This document shows positions 5,825 through 14,093 of a DNA stretch of 32,761 nt, one piece after another. Location: the IMG/VR virus record IMGVR_UViG_3300026187_000055, positions 1 to 32,761 of that record. One strand, given 5' to 3'. The stretch is from a virus. Its lineage: Duplodnaviria; Caudoviricetes. A program made the position numbers and the translations under genes. The notes under the pieces are model-generated. The model did no database searches. It had not been told where the DNA came from and worked only from the letters and a program-made list of their open reading frames with translations. How positions within the stretch are numbered: the first letter of the stretch is position 1; the number at the start of each line of letters is the position of its first letter.

Positions 5825-6813
5825 ATATCCCCCATAACGTGGACTTCAGAGACTACATCAGCATTATCGGGGAAGCCGAGGCCCAGGAGATACACCATGC
5901 AGGGCATTGGAGGGAGCAGATACATGAAAGGGCAAAGAATCTTGAGCTTTCAGGTGACTTATTACCTTGGTCTAAGGTCAGTCAGCACTTCAAGCTAAGG
6001 GCTGGCGAAGTGACATTGTGGGCTGGCATGAATGGTCACAAGAAATCAATGGTGCTAGGCCAAGTGGCCCTGTCTTTGATGTGTCAGGGTAAGAAGATTG
6101 CGATTGCTTCCCTTGAGATGAAGCCAGAGGAAACTCTTTGGAGGATGTGCCAGCAAGCAGCAGGACTTACAGCAGGACAGCCAAGTCAGGAATTTATTAA
6201 TACTTTCATGGACTTAGCCAATGAATATCTTGTTATCTATGACCAGTTAGATTCTGTTAAGACTGAGAAAATATTAGGCTTTGTGAACTACTGCGGTAAG
6301 GTTTTAGATTGTGACCATATCATGATTGATTCCCTGGCTAAGTGCGGAATCGGTGTGGAGAACCGCGAAGGCGAAGCTGACATTATCAACAGGTTAGCTT
6401 GGTCGGCTAAACATCTAAACACTCACATTCACCTAGTCTCTCACGTCAGAAAGCCCCAGAGCGCGGGAGAAGAATACATTCCTACAAAGTTTGATGTGAA
6501 AGGTTCAAGCGCCCTCGTGGACTTAGTGGATAACTTAGTTATTTGCTGGGCCAATAAGAAACGGGAATCCCTAAAAGAACTTGGTCAATTGGACGAGAAG
6601 GAGCAGGAGTATTTTGATAAAACCTTCGACCAGCTACTCATCATAGCCAAGCAAAGGCATGGTAGATGGGAGGGTAAAGTCGGGCTTTATCATCACCAGA
6701 GTCTGCAATTTGTGTCTAGGGAAGGCAGGTCAATGGACTACAAGATAGACCAAGTATTTGATAATGAAGAAGAAAACACTAAAGAGAAAATAATTCAACA
6801 AATTGAGTTTTAG
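5821..6813 (+). CDS. DnaB/T7-gp4-like replicative helicase (no primase domain)
   Basis: GEVTLWAGMNGHKKS (variant Walker A), SLEM, IMIDSL (Walker B), HLVSHVRK, DVKGSS, KQRHG motifs. Confidence 0.9.
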   Translation: MNIPHNVDFRDYISIIGEAEAQEIHHAGHWREQIHERAKNLELSGDLLPWSKVSQHFKLRAGEVTLWAGMNGHKKSMVLGQVALSLMCQGKKIAIASLEMKPEETLWRMCQQAAGLTAGQPSQEFINTFMDLANEYLVIYDQLDSVKTEKILGFVNYCGKVLDCDHIMIDSLAKCGIGVENREGEADIINRLAWSAKHLNTHIHLVSHVRKPQSAGEEYIPTKFDVKGSSALVDLVDNLVICWANKKRESLKELGQLDEKEQEYFDKTFDQLLIIAKQRHGRWEGKVGLYHHQSLQFVSREGRSMDYKIDQVFDNEEENTKEKIIQQIEF

Positions 6814-6816
6814 TTG

Positions 6817-6845
6817 TTGACAAGAATAGTATTACCGATAATAAT
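6817..6845 (+). promoter_or_regulatory. sigma70 promoter for the recombination/middle genes
   Basis: Perfect TTGACA-17 bp-AATAAT in an intergenic gap. Confidence 0.6.
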
Positions 6846-6876
6846 TCACATTCCACAGAATGACGGGGGAGTAATT

Positions 6877-7095
6877 ATGAAGGTGGAAACGCAAGGGTGG
6901 GGTAGCTCAATGGTGGCTACCAAATATATGTATCAAGAAATCAAAGAAGCGAAAGAATTGCTTGTTGACGAGCTTGTTAGTCTTGGGATGTTGGATGAGT
7001 CAGACGCAGAGAAGCAACTAAATTGCTTGATGAAAATGCTGGCATATTTCCATAAATCACATACAGGTGAAGAGATAGGGGAGGAAGCACCATGA
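6877..7095 (+). CDS. Hypothetical protein
   Basis: Start re-set to ATG 6877 after GGGGAG. ATGA overlap downstream. Confidence 0.65.
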   Translation: MKVETQGWGSSMVATKYMYQEIKEAKELLVDELVSLGMLDESDAEKQLNCLMKMLAYFHKSHTGEEIGEEAP

Positions 7096-7469
7096 GCAGA
7101 TTGGAATATTACGTTGAAACAAATATAAGTGATTACGTCATTGATTCATGCGGATACGCAAACATCAAGAACAAAAATGTTGAGGAAGAACTACATATCC
7201 TGAGCCAGGATGATGATAACTTCTTGGATGAGGTGATGAATCATCACATCAAGAGTAGCGAGGAGGCTCAGATACTGTTGACTAAAGCAGTGCATGGCGA
7301 TTTGGCGGCTGGAATTAAATACTTTGGCATGATTAAAAAAGCAATGAAGTCATACTTAGCTTACGAGCTTGACAATATGTCTTGCGAGGGTCTTTTAGAA
7401 AAGTGGCAGGATGACTACGCCAAAGAATACGCCGAGGAGCAGAGGATGTCGGAGATGACTTATGGCTAA
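7092..7469 (+). CDS. Acidic hypothetical protein
   Basis: 125 aa, GGAGG SD, coupled to both neighbours. Confidence 0.7.
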   Translation: MSRLEYYVETNISDYVIDSCGYANIKNKNVEEELHILSQDDDNFLDEVMNHHIKSSEEAQILLTKAVHGDLAAGIKYFGMIKKAMKSYLAYELDNMSCEGLLEKWQDDYAKEYAEEQRMSEMTYG

Positions 7470-7728
7470 GAGAGGCCACAGAGATTTGTATCCAAAGATT
7501 ATTTCTATGGCAAAGAAAGGCATGAAAGGCACTGACATAGCCGCTGAATTAGGTCTAAGCCCTAACAGTATTAGAACTATATTGTTTAACAATGGAGTCA
7601 AGTTAAAGACCCCAAGGGGAAGGCCAATGGTGGACAACCCTGTCAGAAATAGATTCAAGGTTCCCAAGATTCATGAGGGGCCAGAGAGAGTATTACCAGA
7701 CCCATTTAGGAGGAGATATGAAAACTAG
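7462..7728 (+). CDS. Helix-turn-helix DNA-binding protein
   Basis: GMKGTDIAAELGLSPNSIRTIL followed by PRGRP. Confidence 0.75.
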   Translation: MAKRGHRDLYPKIISMAKKGMKGTDIAAELGLSPNSIRTILFNNGVKLKTPRGRPMVDNPVRNRFKVPKIHEGPERVLPDPFRRRYEN

Positions 7729-8113
7729 CGAATCACTAAAACACTTTGCACCAGCATTTAGAAAGGCGCAGAGTGAAATGGAAGCCGTTAAGAAAGACCA
7801 ATCCAACCCATTCTTTAAGTCAAAGTACGCGAACATTGAGTCAATAATTGACTGTGTTACGCCAATCTTGGGTAAGAACTTCCTGTCCTTTTCACAGCAT
7901 CCTGTGTCTACCGAAAGGGGGGTGGGCGTTACCACCATCCTAATGCACGACTCAGGTGAGTGGATACAAGAGTCCTACACTTTACCCATAGCCAGCCCTA
8001 AGCCCCAGGAAGGTGCTGCTGCGATTACCTACGCCAGAAGGTATGGTCTTCAATCAATATGTGGATTGAGAGCCTATGATGATGACGATGGCGAGAAGGC
8101 AATGGGTCGATGA
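7718..8113 (+). CDS. erf: ERF-family ssDNA annealing protein
   Basis: NPFFKSKYA, LMHDSGEWI, GAAITYARRYGL...DDDG. Start at ATG 7718 after AGGAG. Confidence 0.9.
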   Translation: MKTSESLKHFAPAFRKAQSEMEAVKKDQSNPFFKSKYANIESIIDCVTPILGKNFLSFSQHPVSTERGVGVTTILMHDSGEWIQESYTLPIASPKPQEGAAAITYARRYGLQSICGLRAYDDDDGEKAMGR

Positions 8114-8331
8114 TTTATTTTAAAGAAATTACAACCTGCCGCCAATGTGGAGGCGAATGTCGTGCGGTTCCAGAACTATTAAACTACACCGGAACAAACC
8201 GAGCTTATGGAGGGGTAGGAATTTGCACTGGCGAATATGTCTCTAACTGTTGTTTAGAGGCGGTACGACAGAGCAAACGAATTTCACTGAGGGGGCGAGT
8301 CAATGAGACTAATAGATTGCGAACAAGGTAG
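8110..8331 (+). CDS. Small Cys-rich hypothetical protein
   Basis: CRQC...C...SNCC. ATGA coupling to erf. Confidence 0.55.
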   Translation: MIYFKEITTCRQCGGECRAVPELLNYTGTNRAYGGVGICTGEYVSNCCLEAVRQSKRISLRGRVNETNRLRTR

Positions 8332-8905
8332 TGAGGAGTGGTTAAAGGCTAGGCTGGGAGTACCGTCTGCCTCTAACTTCTCCAAGGTTCTTACAATAAA
8401 AGGAACAGCGTCAACCCAAGCTAAGGCTTATGTTGATGCGCTAGTAGCAGAGGCCATTACGGGTGAATCCACCTATGTAAAGGTAACTGACGCCATGCAA
8501 CGTGGCACTGAGCTGGAACCCTACGCTAGAGATAGATACATACTAGAGACTGGGAACCAAGTTCAGGAAGTAGGCTTTTGTCTTCACAATGATTATCAAG
8601 CTGGCGCAAGCCCAGATGGTTTGATTGGTGACGATGGAGGTTTAGAAATCAAGTCACCCTTGGGAGGTACTATGGTATCTTATCTAAGAGGTGGCAGGTT
8701 GCCCAGTAAATACTTTCAGCAGGTACAAGGCTGTATGTATATCACTGGTAGGAAGTGGTGGGACTTCATGGCATACCATCCAGACATGAAGCCCCTGATA
8801 GTTAGAGTTGATAGAGATGAGCATTTCATATCTTGTCTTGATGAAACTCTAAGAAAGGTAGTGGATGAAATTGAAAGACTAGTTAATAAATATTCGGAGG
8901 AATAA
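8303..8905 (+). CDS. Lambda-type exonuclease (YqaJ family)
   Basis: QGSEEWLKARLG..SAS, RGTELEP, GASPDGL, LEIKSP, QVQGCM motifs. Confidence 0.92.
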   Translation: MRLIDCEQGSEEWLKARLGVPSASNFSKVLTIKGTASTQAKAYVDALVAEAITGESTYVKVTDAMQRGTELEPYARDRYILETGNQVQEVGFCLHNDYQAGASPDGLIGDDGGLEIKSPLGGTMVSYLRGGRLPSKYFQQVQGCMYITGRKWWDFMAYHPDMKPLIVRVDRDEHFISCLDETLRKVVDEIERLVNKYSEE

Positions 8906-9141
8906 TGGAATACGATAACACTAACAGGGGTGCAGTTTGGAAGAACGAAACTGATAACCCTAAAGCACCAACACTGAAGGGTGAGTGCAACATAGAGGGG
9001 ACTGACTATCTAGTGAGTGCCTGGAAGAACGACACTTCAGGCAATCCTAAAAGGCCAGTGCTTAGTTTCTCTTTTGAGAAAAAACAAGCTAAGGCCAAAG
9101 CCCCTGAACCAACTGCCAGCTTTGAGGATGTTCCGTGGTAG
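8905..9141 (+). CDS. Small putative ssDNA-binding protein
   Basis: Follows erf/exo. Beta-rich core with an SSB-like acidic tail (FEDVPW). Confidence 0.6.
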   Translation: MEYDNTNRGAVWKNETDNPKAPTLKGECNIEGTDYLVSAWKNDTSGNPKRPVLSFSFEKKQAKAKAPEPTASFEDVPW

Positions 9142-9338
9142 ACCATTTTGGGAATGTGTTAAGGAGGCTCCATGAATCTTCTGGAGTCTCACAATACAAA
9201 ATTGCTAAAGACATTGGGATGGCCTCATCTAACTACAACGCTATGTTGAATAGGAAAGATATGAAGTGTTCCACGTTCTTTACTGTTTGTGATGCGATGG
9301 GCTTTAAACCGGAGGATGTATGCCAGTATCTGCGGTAG
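9135..9338 (+). CDS. Cro/XRE-type HTH regulator
   Basis: LRRLHESSGVSQYKIAKDIGMASSNY. 67 aa, no S24 peptidase domain. Confidence 0.8.
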   Translation: MVDHFGNVLRRLHESSGVSQYKIAKDIGMASSNYNAMLNRKDMKCSTFFTVCDAMGFKPEDVCQYLR

Positions 9339-9790
9339 CTAATGATGTTTCAGATTTGAAGAAAATCTTTAAGGACATTGACAAGCTAATTAAGAAGACT
9401 GGTTTTGCTAACATAGCCTACTCTGATGGGGGGATGAAGGTGGAGGACTTCACCCTCTCCTCCCTGTCTCAGAAAGCCCTTAAAGCGATTTGGACAAGAG
9501 AGGCTGCAAAGCATAACTGGAAGACAGAAGACGTTGATGAAGCCATGTACGAAGGCATGAATCGGTGGCTTAAAACTAAGTGTTACAGCGACACTAAGGA
9601 GAAGTTTCTTCTAAGGTTTATTAAGAACCCAGAGGGAGGCGAGAAGGCAGAGGTTACAAGTTCTTCTAACTGGACTGTAGGGGAGATGACATTCTTCTTG
9701 GATTGGATGCAAAACTTCTGCGCCAAAGACGGGTTAATCTTAGAGGCCAAAGGGGAATACCTTGAAAACACGAAAGCTCAAAATAGTTAA
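9320..9790 (+). CDS. NinB-like recombination accessory protein
   Basis: SLSQKALKAIW...SSSNWTVGEMTFFLDWMQNFCAKDGLIL resembles NinB family motifs. Confidence 0.55.
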   Translation: MPVSAVANDVSDLKKIFKDIDKLIKKTGFANIAYSDGGMKVEDFTLSSLSQKALKAIWTREAAKHNWKTEDVDEAMYEGMNRWLKTKCYSDTKEKFLLRFIKNPEGGEKAEVTSSSNWTVGEMTFFLDWMQNFCAKDGLILEAKGEYLENTKAQNS

Positions 9791-10148
9791 TAAAGAAAAG
9801 GTAAAAGAAGCGTTAGCTGAGGAACTAACACCGAATGAGAAGAAACTTCTTAACGAGAGTAGGAGAGCGTTCACTGATAAAGAAATATCATACATAGAAA
9901 AGAACAAGCCATATTTATTGGCGTGTAATCAAAAAGAAGACATAAGGGATATTACTAATAGTGGATTCTCCATAATGTCTAAGGAGTTCAGCATTGAACT
10001 TCTGTCAAGAAGGTTTGCGTTTTATGAAGAGACATTCATAGGAAAAAAACTTGATACCGCACACGATTTAAGAATGAGGTCGTTGAGAGCAAGGGACTGC
10101 TTAATGAATGGCCTTTACTTCGACACATTGAAACCAGTTAAGGAATAA
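9762..10148 (+). CDS. Hypothetical protein
   Basis: 128-aa ORF filling the gap. Start uncertain (TTG). Confidence 0.55.
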   Translation: MKTRKLKIVNKEKVKEALAEELTPNEKKLLNESRRAFTDKEISYIEKNKPYLLACNQKEDIRDITNSGFSIMSKEFSIELLSRRFAFYEETFIGKKLDTAHDLRMRSLRARDCLMNGLYFDTLKPVKE

Positions 10149-10150
10149 CT

Positions 10151-11332
10151 ATGGGCGATAAATGGGATAACGTATCTGTCAGGGCCGCTCCAGACCCGCA
10201 ACTATTAGAGTATTGCGAGACAGAGAAGCAGAGAGAATACCTTACTGCTTGGATAGAGTTTGGAACTTCTGCCGCTGCTGCTAAGGAGCTTGGATGTAGT
10301 GAATTCAACATCAGGTCATCTAAGAGAACTGTCGAAATAAATGCGGCCAAGAAAGGCTGGCAGAAGTCAGACAAACATGTACCAGACGGGTATAAAGTAA
10401 AGGGGAAATCAACGCTCCTTGATTCTGATGGCAATACTAAAATCCAGTGGGTCAAGACTGAGGTAGATAAAGAAAGACAAGAAGAAATAATGAGGGAGCT
10501 ATGTGAAAACCTCACTCAGAATATAAAACCTTGGCCTGTAATCAAGGCTCCTAAGAAAGTTGATAAAGACTTATGCTCAGTGTACACAATCACTGACTAT
10601 CACATAGGTGCATACTCCTGGAATGAGGAGACTGGTGCTGATTGGGATATTAAGATTGCAGAGGATACTTTATACAAAGCATTCGGGGATATGATTAACG
10701 GAACCCCAGACTCTGAACAGGCAGTATTCGTTCAAATGGGGGACTTCCTACATTGGGACGGTCTGACCTCCGTAACCCCACTAAACAAGCACGTTCTTGA
10801 TTCAGATGGTAGATACCCTAAACTAGTCCAAGTCGCCGTAGAAACCTGTGTACGGGCGGTAGAAATGCTATTGCACAAGCATAAGCACGTTCATGTAGTA
10901 ATGTGCGAGGGTAATCACGACTTAACTGGGTCTGTCTGGTTGCAGGCCATAATGAAGATGGCATTTAAGAAGAACAAGAGAGTCACCGTGGATGATAGTG
11001 TGTTCCCATACTACTCATTTGCTTGGGGTAATGTCTTTCTAGGATGGCATCATGGACACCTAACTAAGATTAGGGGATTGGCTGGCAAGTTCTTCTCTGA
11101 GCCAAGGTTCCGTAGTCAGATGGCAAACACTGAATACATATACATTAGTACAGGACACTACCATACCAAAGAAGTAGTAGAGGTATCCGGTGCGGTGATA
11201 GAGAGACATCCTACATTAAACGCTAGAGATGCCTATGGCGCTAGGGGATTTGAACATTCCCAACGGGGCGCATTAGCAATCACTTATGACAAAAGTAAAG
11301 GCGAAATTAGTAGAGTAACGGTAACACCATGA
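10151..11332 (+). CDS. Calcineurin-like metallophosphoesterase with N-terminal HTH
   Basis: DYHIG, GDFLHWD, GNHD, HHGH, GHYH metal-binding motifs. N-terminal GTSAAAAKELG. Confidence 0.85.
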   Translation: MGDKWDNVSVRAAPDPQLLEYCETEKQREYLTAWIEFGTSAAAAKELGCSEFNIRSSKRTVEINAAKKGWQKSDKHVPDGYKVKGKSTLLDSDGNTKIQWVKTEVDKERQEEIMRELCENLTQNIKPWPVIKAPKKVDKDLCSVYTITDYHIGAYSWNEETGADWDIKIAEDTLYKAFGDMINGTPDSEQAVFVQMGDFLHWDGLTSVTPLNKHVLDSDGRYPKLVQVAVETCVRAVEMLLHKHKHVHVVMCEGNHDLTGSVWLQAIMKMAFKKNKRVTVDDSVFPYYSFAWGNVFLGWHHGHLTKIRGLAGKFFSEPRFRSQMANTEYIYISTGHYHTKEVVEVSGAVIERHPTLNARDAYGARGFEHSQRGALAITYDKSKGEISRVTVTP

Positions 11333-11508
11333 GACAACTGAGCGAACTTAACATTATTGAAAACTGCCAACAGTGCATCTATCACAAAAAAGATGACATC
11401 AACCCTTCTCGTACTTACTGTGAGAAGCTGGCAGAAAAATATGGGAGGCCAGTAGAGATATGTGTAAACAAACACTTTCCAACCCTATGCCCTTTGTCGA
11501 AGGTGTAG
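11329..11508 (+). CDS. 59-aa Cys-rich hypothetical protein
   Basis: MRQLSELNIIENCQQCIYH...YCEKL...ICVNKHFPTLCPL. ATGA overlap. Just below the ORF-track cutoff. Confidence 0.65.
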   Translation: MRQLSELNIIENCQQCIYHKKDDINPSRTYCEKLAEKYGRPVEICVNKHFPTLCPLSKV

Positions 11509-11714
11509 CTAGGGTTAGGAATCCCTGTAGAGGTATATGCTCTACTTCTACCGTGGGGAGTATCTGGTGTGTAGGCTGTGGTAGGTATTACAAAGATGTG
11601 ATTAATTGGAATGCCTATGATGAGTCCAACAAGATACTAGCCATGAAGAGGGCTACGGAACACCAACAGAAGAAGAGGAGTGGAGAGGTTACTGATAACC
11701 TAGATTACTTATGA
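11487..11714 (+). CDS. DUF1289-like predicted Fe-S/metal-binding protein
   Basis: NPCRGICS...CVGCGR...VINW motif. Start uncertain. Confidence 0.7.
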   Translation: MPFVEGVARVRNPCRGICSTSTVGSIWCVGCGRYYKDVINWNAYDESNKILAMKRATEHQQKKRSGEVTDNLDYL

Positions 11715-12130
11715 AAGAAAAAGACGATTACAAGCCAGCGGGTCACACAAGGTTCACTATGAACATGAGAGAAGACCTGCATGAAGACCTCAGGACTTAC
11801 TGCTTTGTTAACAAGGAGAACATGAGTTCAGTCATTGAGGAACTGATAGAGAAGCATCTTAACAAGCCAAGCTCTACTGACAAGAAGGTTATAGATGTTA
11901 AAGCAAAAGACATACAAGTAGGTGGGAATCATTATAAGGATTTTAAAATCCAACCCATAGAGTATATCCAGGCTAACGATTTAAGTTACTGCGAAGCCAA
12001 CGTGGTTAAGTATGTCACTAGGTGGAGGAGTAAGAATGGTATTGAGGACTTGAGGAAAGCTAAACACTATATAGACCTGCTCATAGAGAGCGAGGTTAAA
12101 GAGCCTAACTTAGAATATTTAAGAGAGTGA
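11711..12130 (+). CDS. DUF3310 (T7 gp1.7-like) protein with N-terminal ribbon-helix-helix-like segment
   Basis: QVGGNHY...QPIEYI...NVVKYVTRW..KNGIEDLRKAKHY. N-terminal RFTMNMREDLHEDLR...MSSVIEELIEKHL. Confidence 0.85.
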   Translation: MKEKDDYKPAGHTRFTMNMREDLHEDLRTYCFVNKENMSSVIEELIEKHLNKPSSTDKKVIDVKAKDIQVGGNHYKDFKIQPIEYIQANDLSYCEANVVKYVTRWRSKNGIEDLRKAKHYIDLLIESEVKEPNLEYLRE

Positions 12131-12131
12131 T

Positions 12132-12554
12132 ATGCGAAAGAAAACACTTAGAGCCTTGATAGATGATGTAGCTAAGTTATTACAGAAACACGTTAGATTG
12201 AAAGCGGCGGTAGCTGCTGATAAGAATGGCTTTATAGAGTGTGTATCATGTGGGAAGTGGTATCACTGGAAGAATATGCAGGGTGGACACTGGATAGAAA
12301 GAGGGAAGCAAGCCACTAAGATTATGGAGGAGAACATCCATCCTCAATGTGCTGGGTGTAATCAGTACGGTATGCGGCATAGGACTCACGTTAGAGAAGG
12401 GTATTCTAAGTACATGAGGAGTATGTATGGGGATGACTTCTGTGATGAGATGCTGACTAGCTCCAGAAAGCCCAAGAAGTATTTAAGGGCAGACTTAGAA
12501 GATATGGTTAAAGAATTGAGAAGAAAGAACGCGGAATTAGAAGATGCCATTTAA
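12132..12554 (+). CDS. ninG: NinG/Rap-like endonuclease
   Basis: CVSCG...GGHWI.RG...NIHPQCAGCN. Confidence 0.85.
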   Translation: MRKKTLRALIDDVAKLLQKHVRLKAAVAADKNGFIECVSCGKWYHWKNMQGGHWIERGKQATKIMEENIHPQCAGCNQYGMRHRTHVREGYSKYMRSMYGDDFCDEMLTSSRKPKKYLRADLEDMVKELRRKNAELEDAI

Positions 12555-13296
12555 CTTGGAGGGTAAACCAAAGGTATCTATTATTACCATAATGTATAAC
12601 GGTAGAACCCAATTGCTAAAAAGGGTGGTTCAAAGTGTTATCAACCAAAGCTATCCTTACTGGGAGCTTATCTTACAAGATGACCATTCTACAGACGGGA
12701 CTTATGAAATGGCTGCTGGGTTAGCCATGACCGATAAAAGAATAAAGGTCTACAGGAATGAGAAGAATCTTGGCATATCAAAGAATAGACTTGAGGCTTT
12801 CAAAAATACAACTGGTGAATTAATAGCTCATTTAGATAATGATGACTTTTTATATCCAGACGCAGTTAGGTTAATGGTAGATGCCTTCCAAGGGAATCCA
12901 GAAATAGGTTTTGCTTATAGTGATATGGCATACATTGAAGACAATCTACCTTCTGGGTACATAGCTCATAAGAATTACGGAGAGCCGCTTAGTCAGTATG
13001 GTTGGAGACACTTTGGAATGTTTAGAAGAAGCGCCTACGACAAGACCAGCGGATACAATGTTGACCTAGCCTACCCTTGTGAAGACGCAGATATATTTAT
13101 GCAGATTGCAGAGAAGTTTGTATTTACTAGGGTTCCCTTTGTTCTCTACGGATACCATAATCAAGGAGAACACGCTTACACTGGTATAGGCCCATGCAAT
13201 ACTTGTACTACCAGACATATATGTAATTTTTCTAGGGTGTTTGCTAAGAGCTTAACCCCTCCCATTGATGTGTTAACTTGGAAGCCGATAGAATAA
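12544..13296 (+). CDS. Glycosyltransferase family 2
   Basis: VSIITIMYN, ELILQDDHSTDGT, NLGISKNR, HLDNDD (DxD), CEDAD. Confidence 0.9.
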   Translation: MPFNLEGKPKVSIITIMYNGRTQLLKRVVQSVINQSYPYWELILQDDHSTDGTYEMAAGLAMTDKRIKVYRNEKNLGISKNRLEAFKNTTGELIAHLDNDDFLYPDAVRLMVDAFQGNPEIGFAYSDMAYIEDNLPSGYIAHKNYGEPLSQYGWRHFGMFRRSAYDKTSGYNVDLAYPCEDADIFMQIAEKFVFTRVPFVLYGYHNQGEHAYTGIGPCNTCTTRHICNFSRVFAKSLTPPIDVLTWKPIE

Positions 13297-13436
13297 TGGA
13301 CTTAAAACAAATCTGCGAATGTGGGAATAAAATGTTAATCATCTACGACAGGGAGGACGGTCTTGTAGTTAAAGGGTGGTTCTGTCCCTGGTGTAGGAAG
13401 TGGCAAAAGAATGATATGCGGAGTATGTTGGCTTGA
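13296..13436 (+). CDS. 46-aa zinc-ribbon protein
   Basis: MDLKQICECGNKM...WFCPWCRKW. TAATG coupling upstream, overlap downstream. Not in the ORF track. Confidence 0.6.
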   Translation: MDLKQICECGNKMLIIYDREDGLVVKGWFCPWCRKWQKNDMRSMLA

Positions 13437-13669
13437 AACAGGAAACCCAGAGTGTAGAGGTAGACCCCATGGAGCCAGAGGAACTGGCGAAGTGGGTGAA
13501 CGACAACTTACCCTATTTGGAGGGGACGGAACAGAGGGCGATAGGGACTCTAGCAATGATGGTGAGGGATTACTCAGACTTCATGGAGGAGAATAACACA
13601 GTAGATGAGTTGTTTAGTATGTTCATCTCTATGAGGTACAAAGAGGTAATGGATAAGGAGCTACATTAG
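13433..13669 (+). CDS. Acidic hypothetical protein
   Basis: 78 aa, coupled to both neighbours. Confidence 0.6.
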   Translation: MKQETQSVEVDPMEPEELAKWVNDNLPYLEGTEQRAIGTLAMMVRDYSDFMEENNTVDELFSMFISMRYKEVMDKELH

Positions 13670-14031
13670 TGTCAGAGATAAGAAATAAAAAACACGCAAG
13701 AAACTTAGTGTTGTTTAAGGGGATGGAGTTTCACAGAGGCATCTACCCTACTGACCTAGATGCCTTTATAGAAGTAGATAATGAAACCTTTATACTCATT
13801 GAGTGCAAGAAGGGTAACTCTAAACCAGATAGGGGACAGGCTTTAGCCTTGAGGAGGCTTGTGGATTCTCTTAAAGATAAGAGAGCATACCTATTACTAG
13901 CCTCTCATCAATCTGATGGAGACATAATTCTAGCTGACTGCCTAGTTACTTACTTTAGACACAATGGAGAGACTAGGAAAACGAGTAAGAGGGTAACAGT
14001 GAGGGAGTTTACAGACTGGATATTAAGGTGA
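13669..14031 (+). CDS. PD-(D/E)XK nuclease-fold protein
   Basis: TDLDAFIE...ILIECK...GQ motif. Confidence 0.6.
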   Translation: MSEIRNKKHARNLVLFKGMEFHRGIYPTDLDAFIEVDNETFILIECKKGNSKPDRGQALALRRLVDSLKDKRAYLLLASHQSDGDIILADCLVTYFRHNGETRKTSKRVTVREFTDWILR

Positions 14032-14089
14032 GGTCAGTACGGCACCCAAAGGCGAGGGTGGAGGAACCCAGGATGCCGCACTGGCCTCA
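14029..14089. terminator. Long hairpin at the convergence of the two transcription units
   Basis: 19-bp imperfect inverted repeat (14029-14047 / 14071-14089) around a 23-nt loop. Confidence 0.55.
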
Positions 14090-14093
14090 AAAC

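Noticed and set aside
13411-13596. Alternative plus-strand ORF MICGVCW...
   Set aside because: It overlaps the better-coupled chain 13296-13436, 13433-13669 and 13669-14031.
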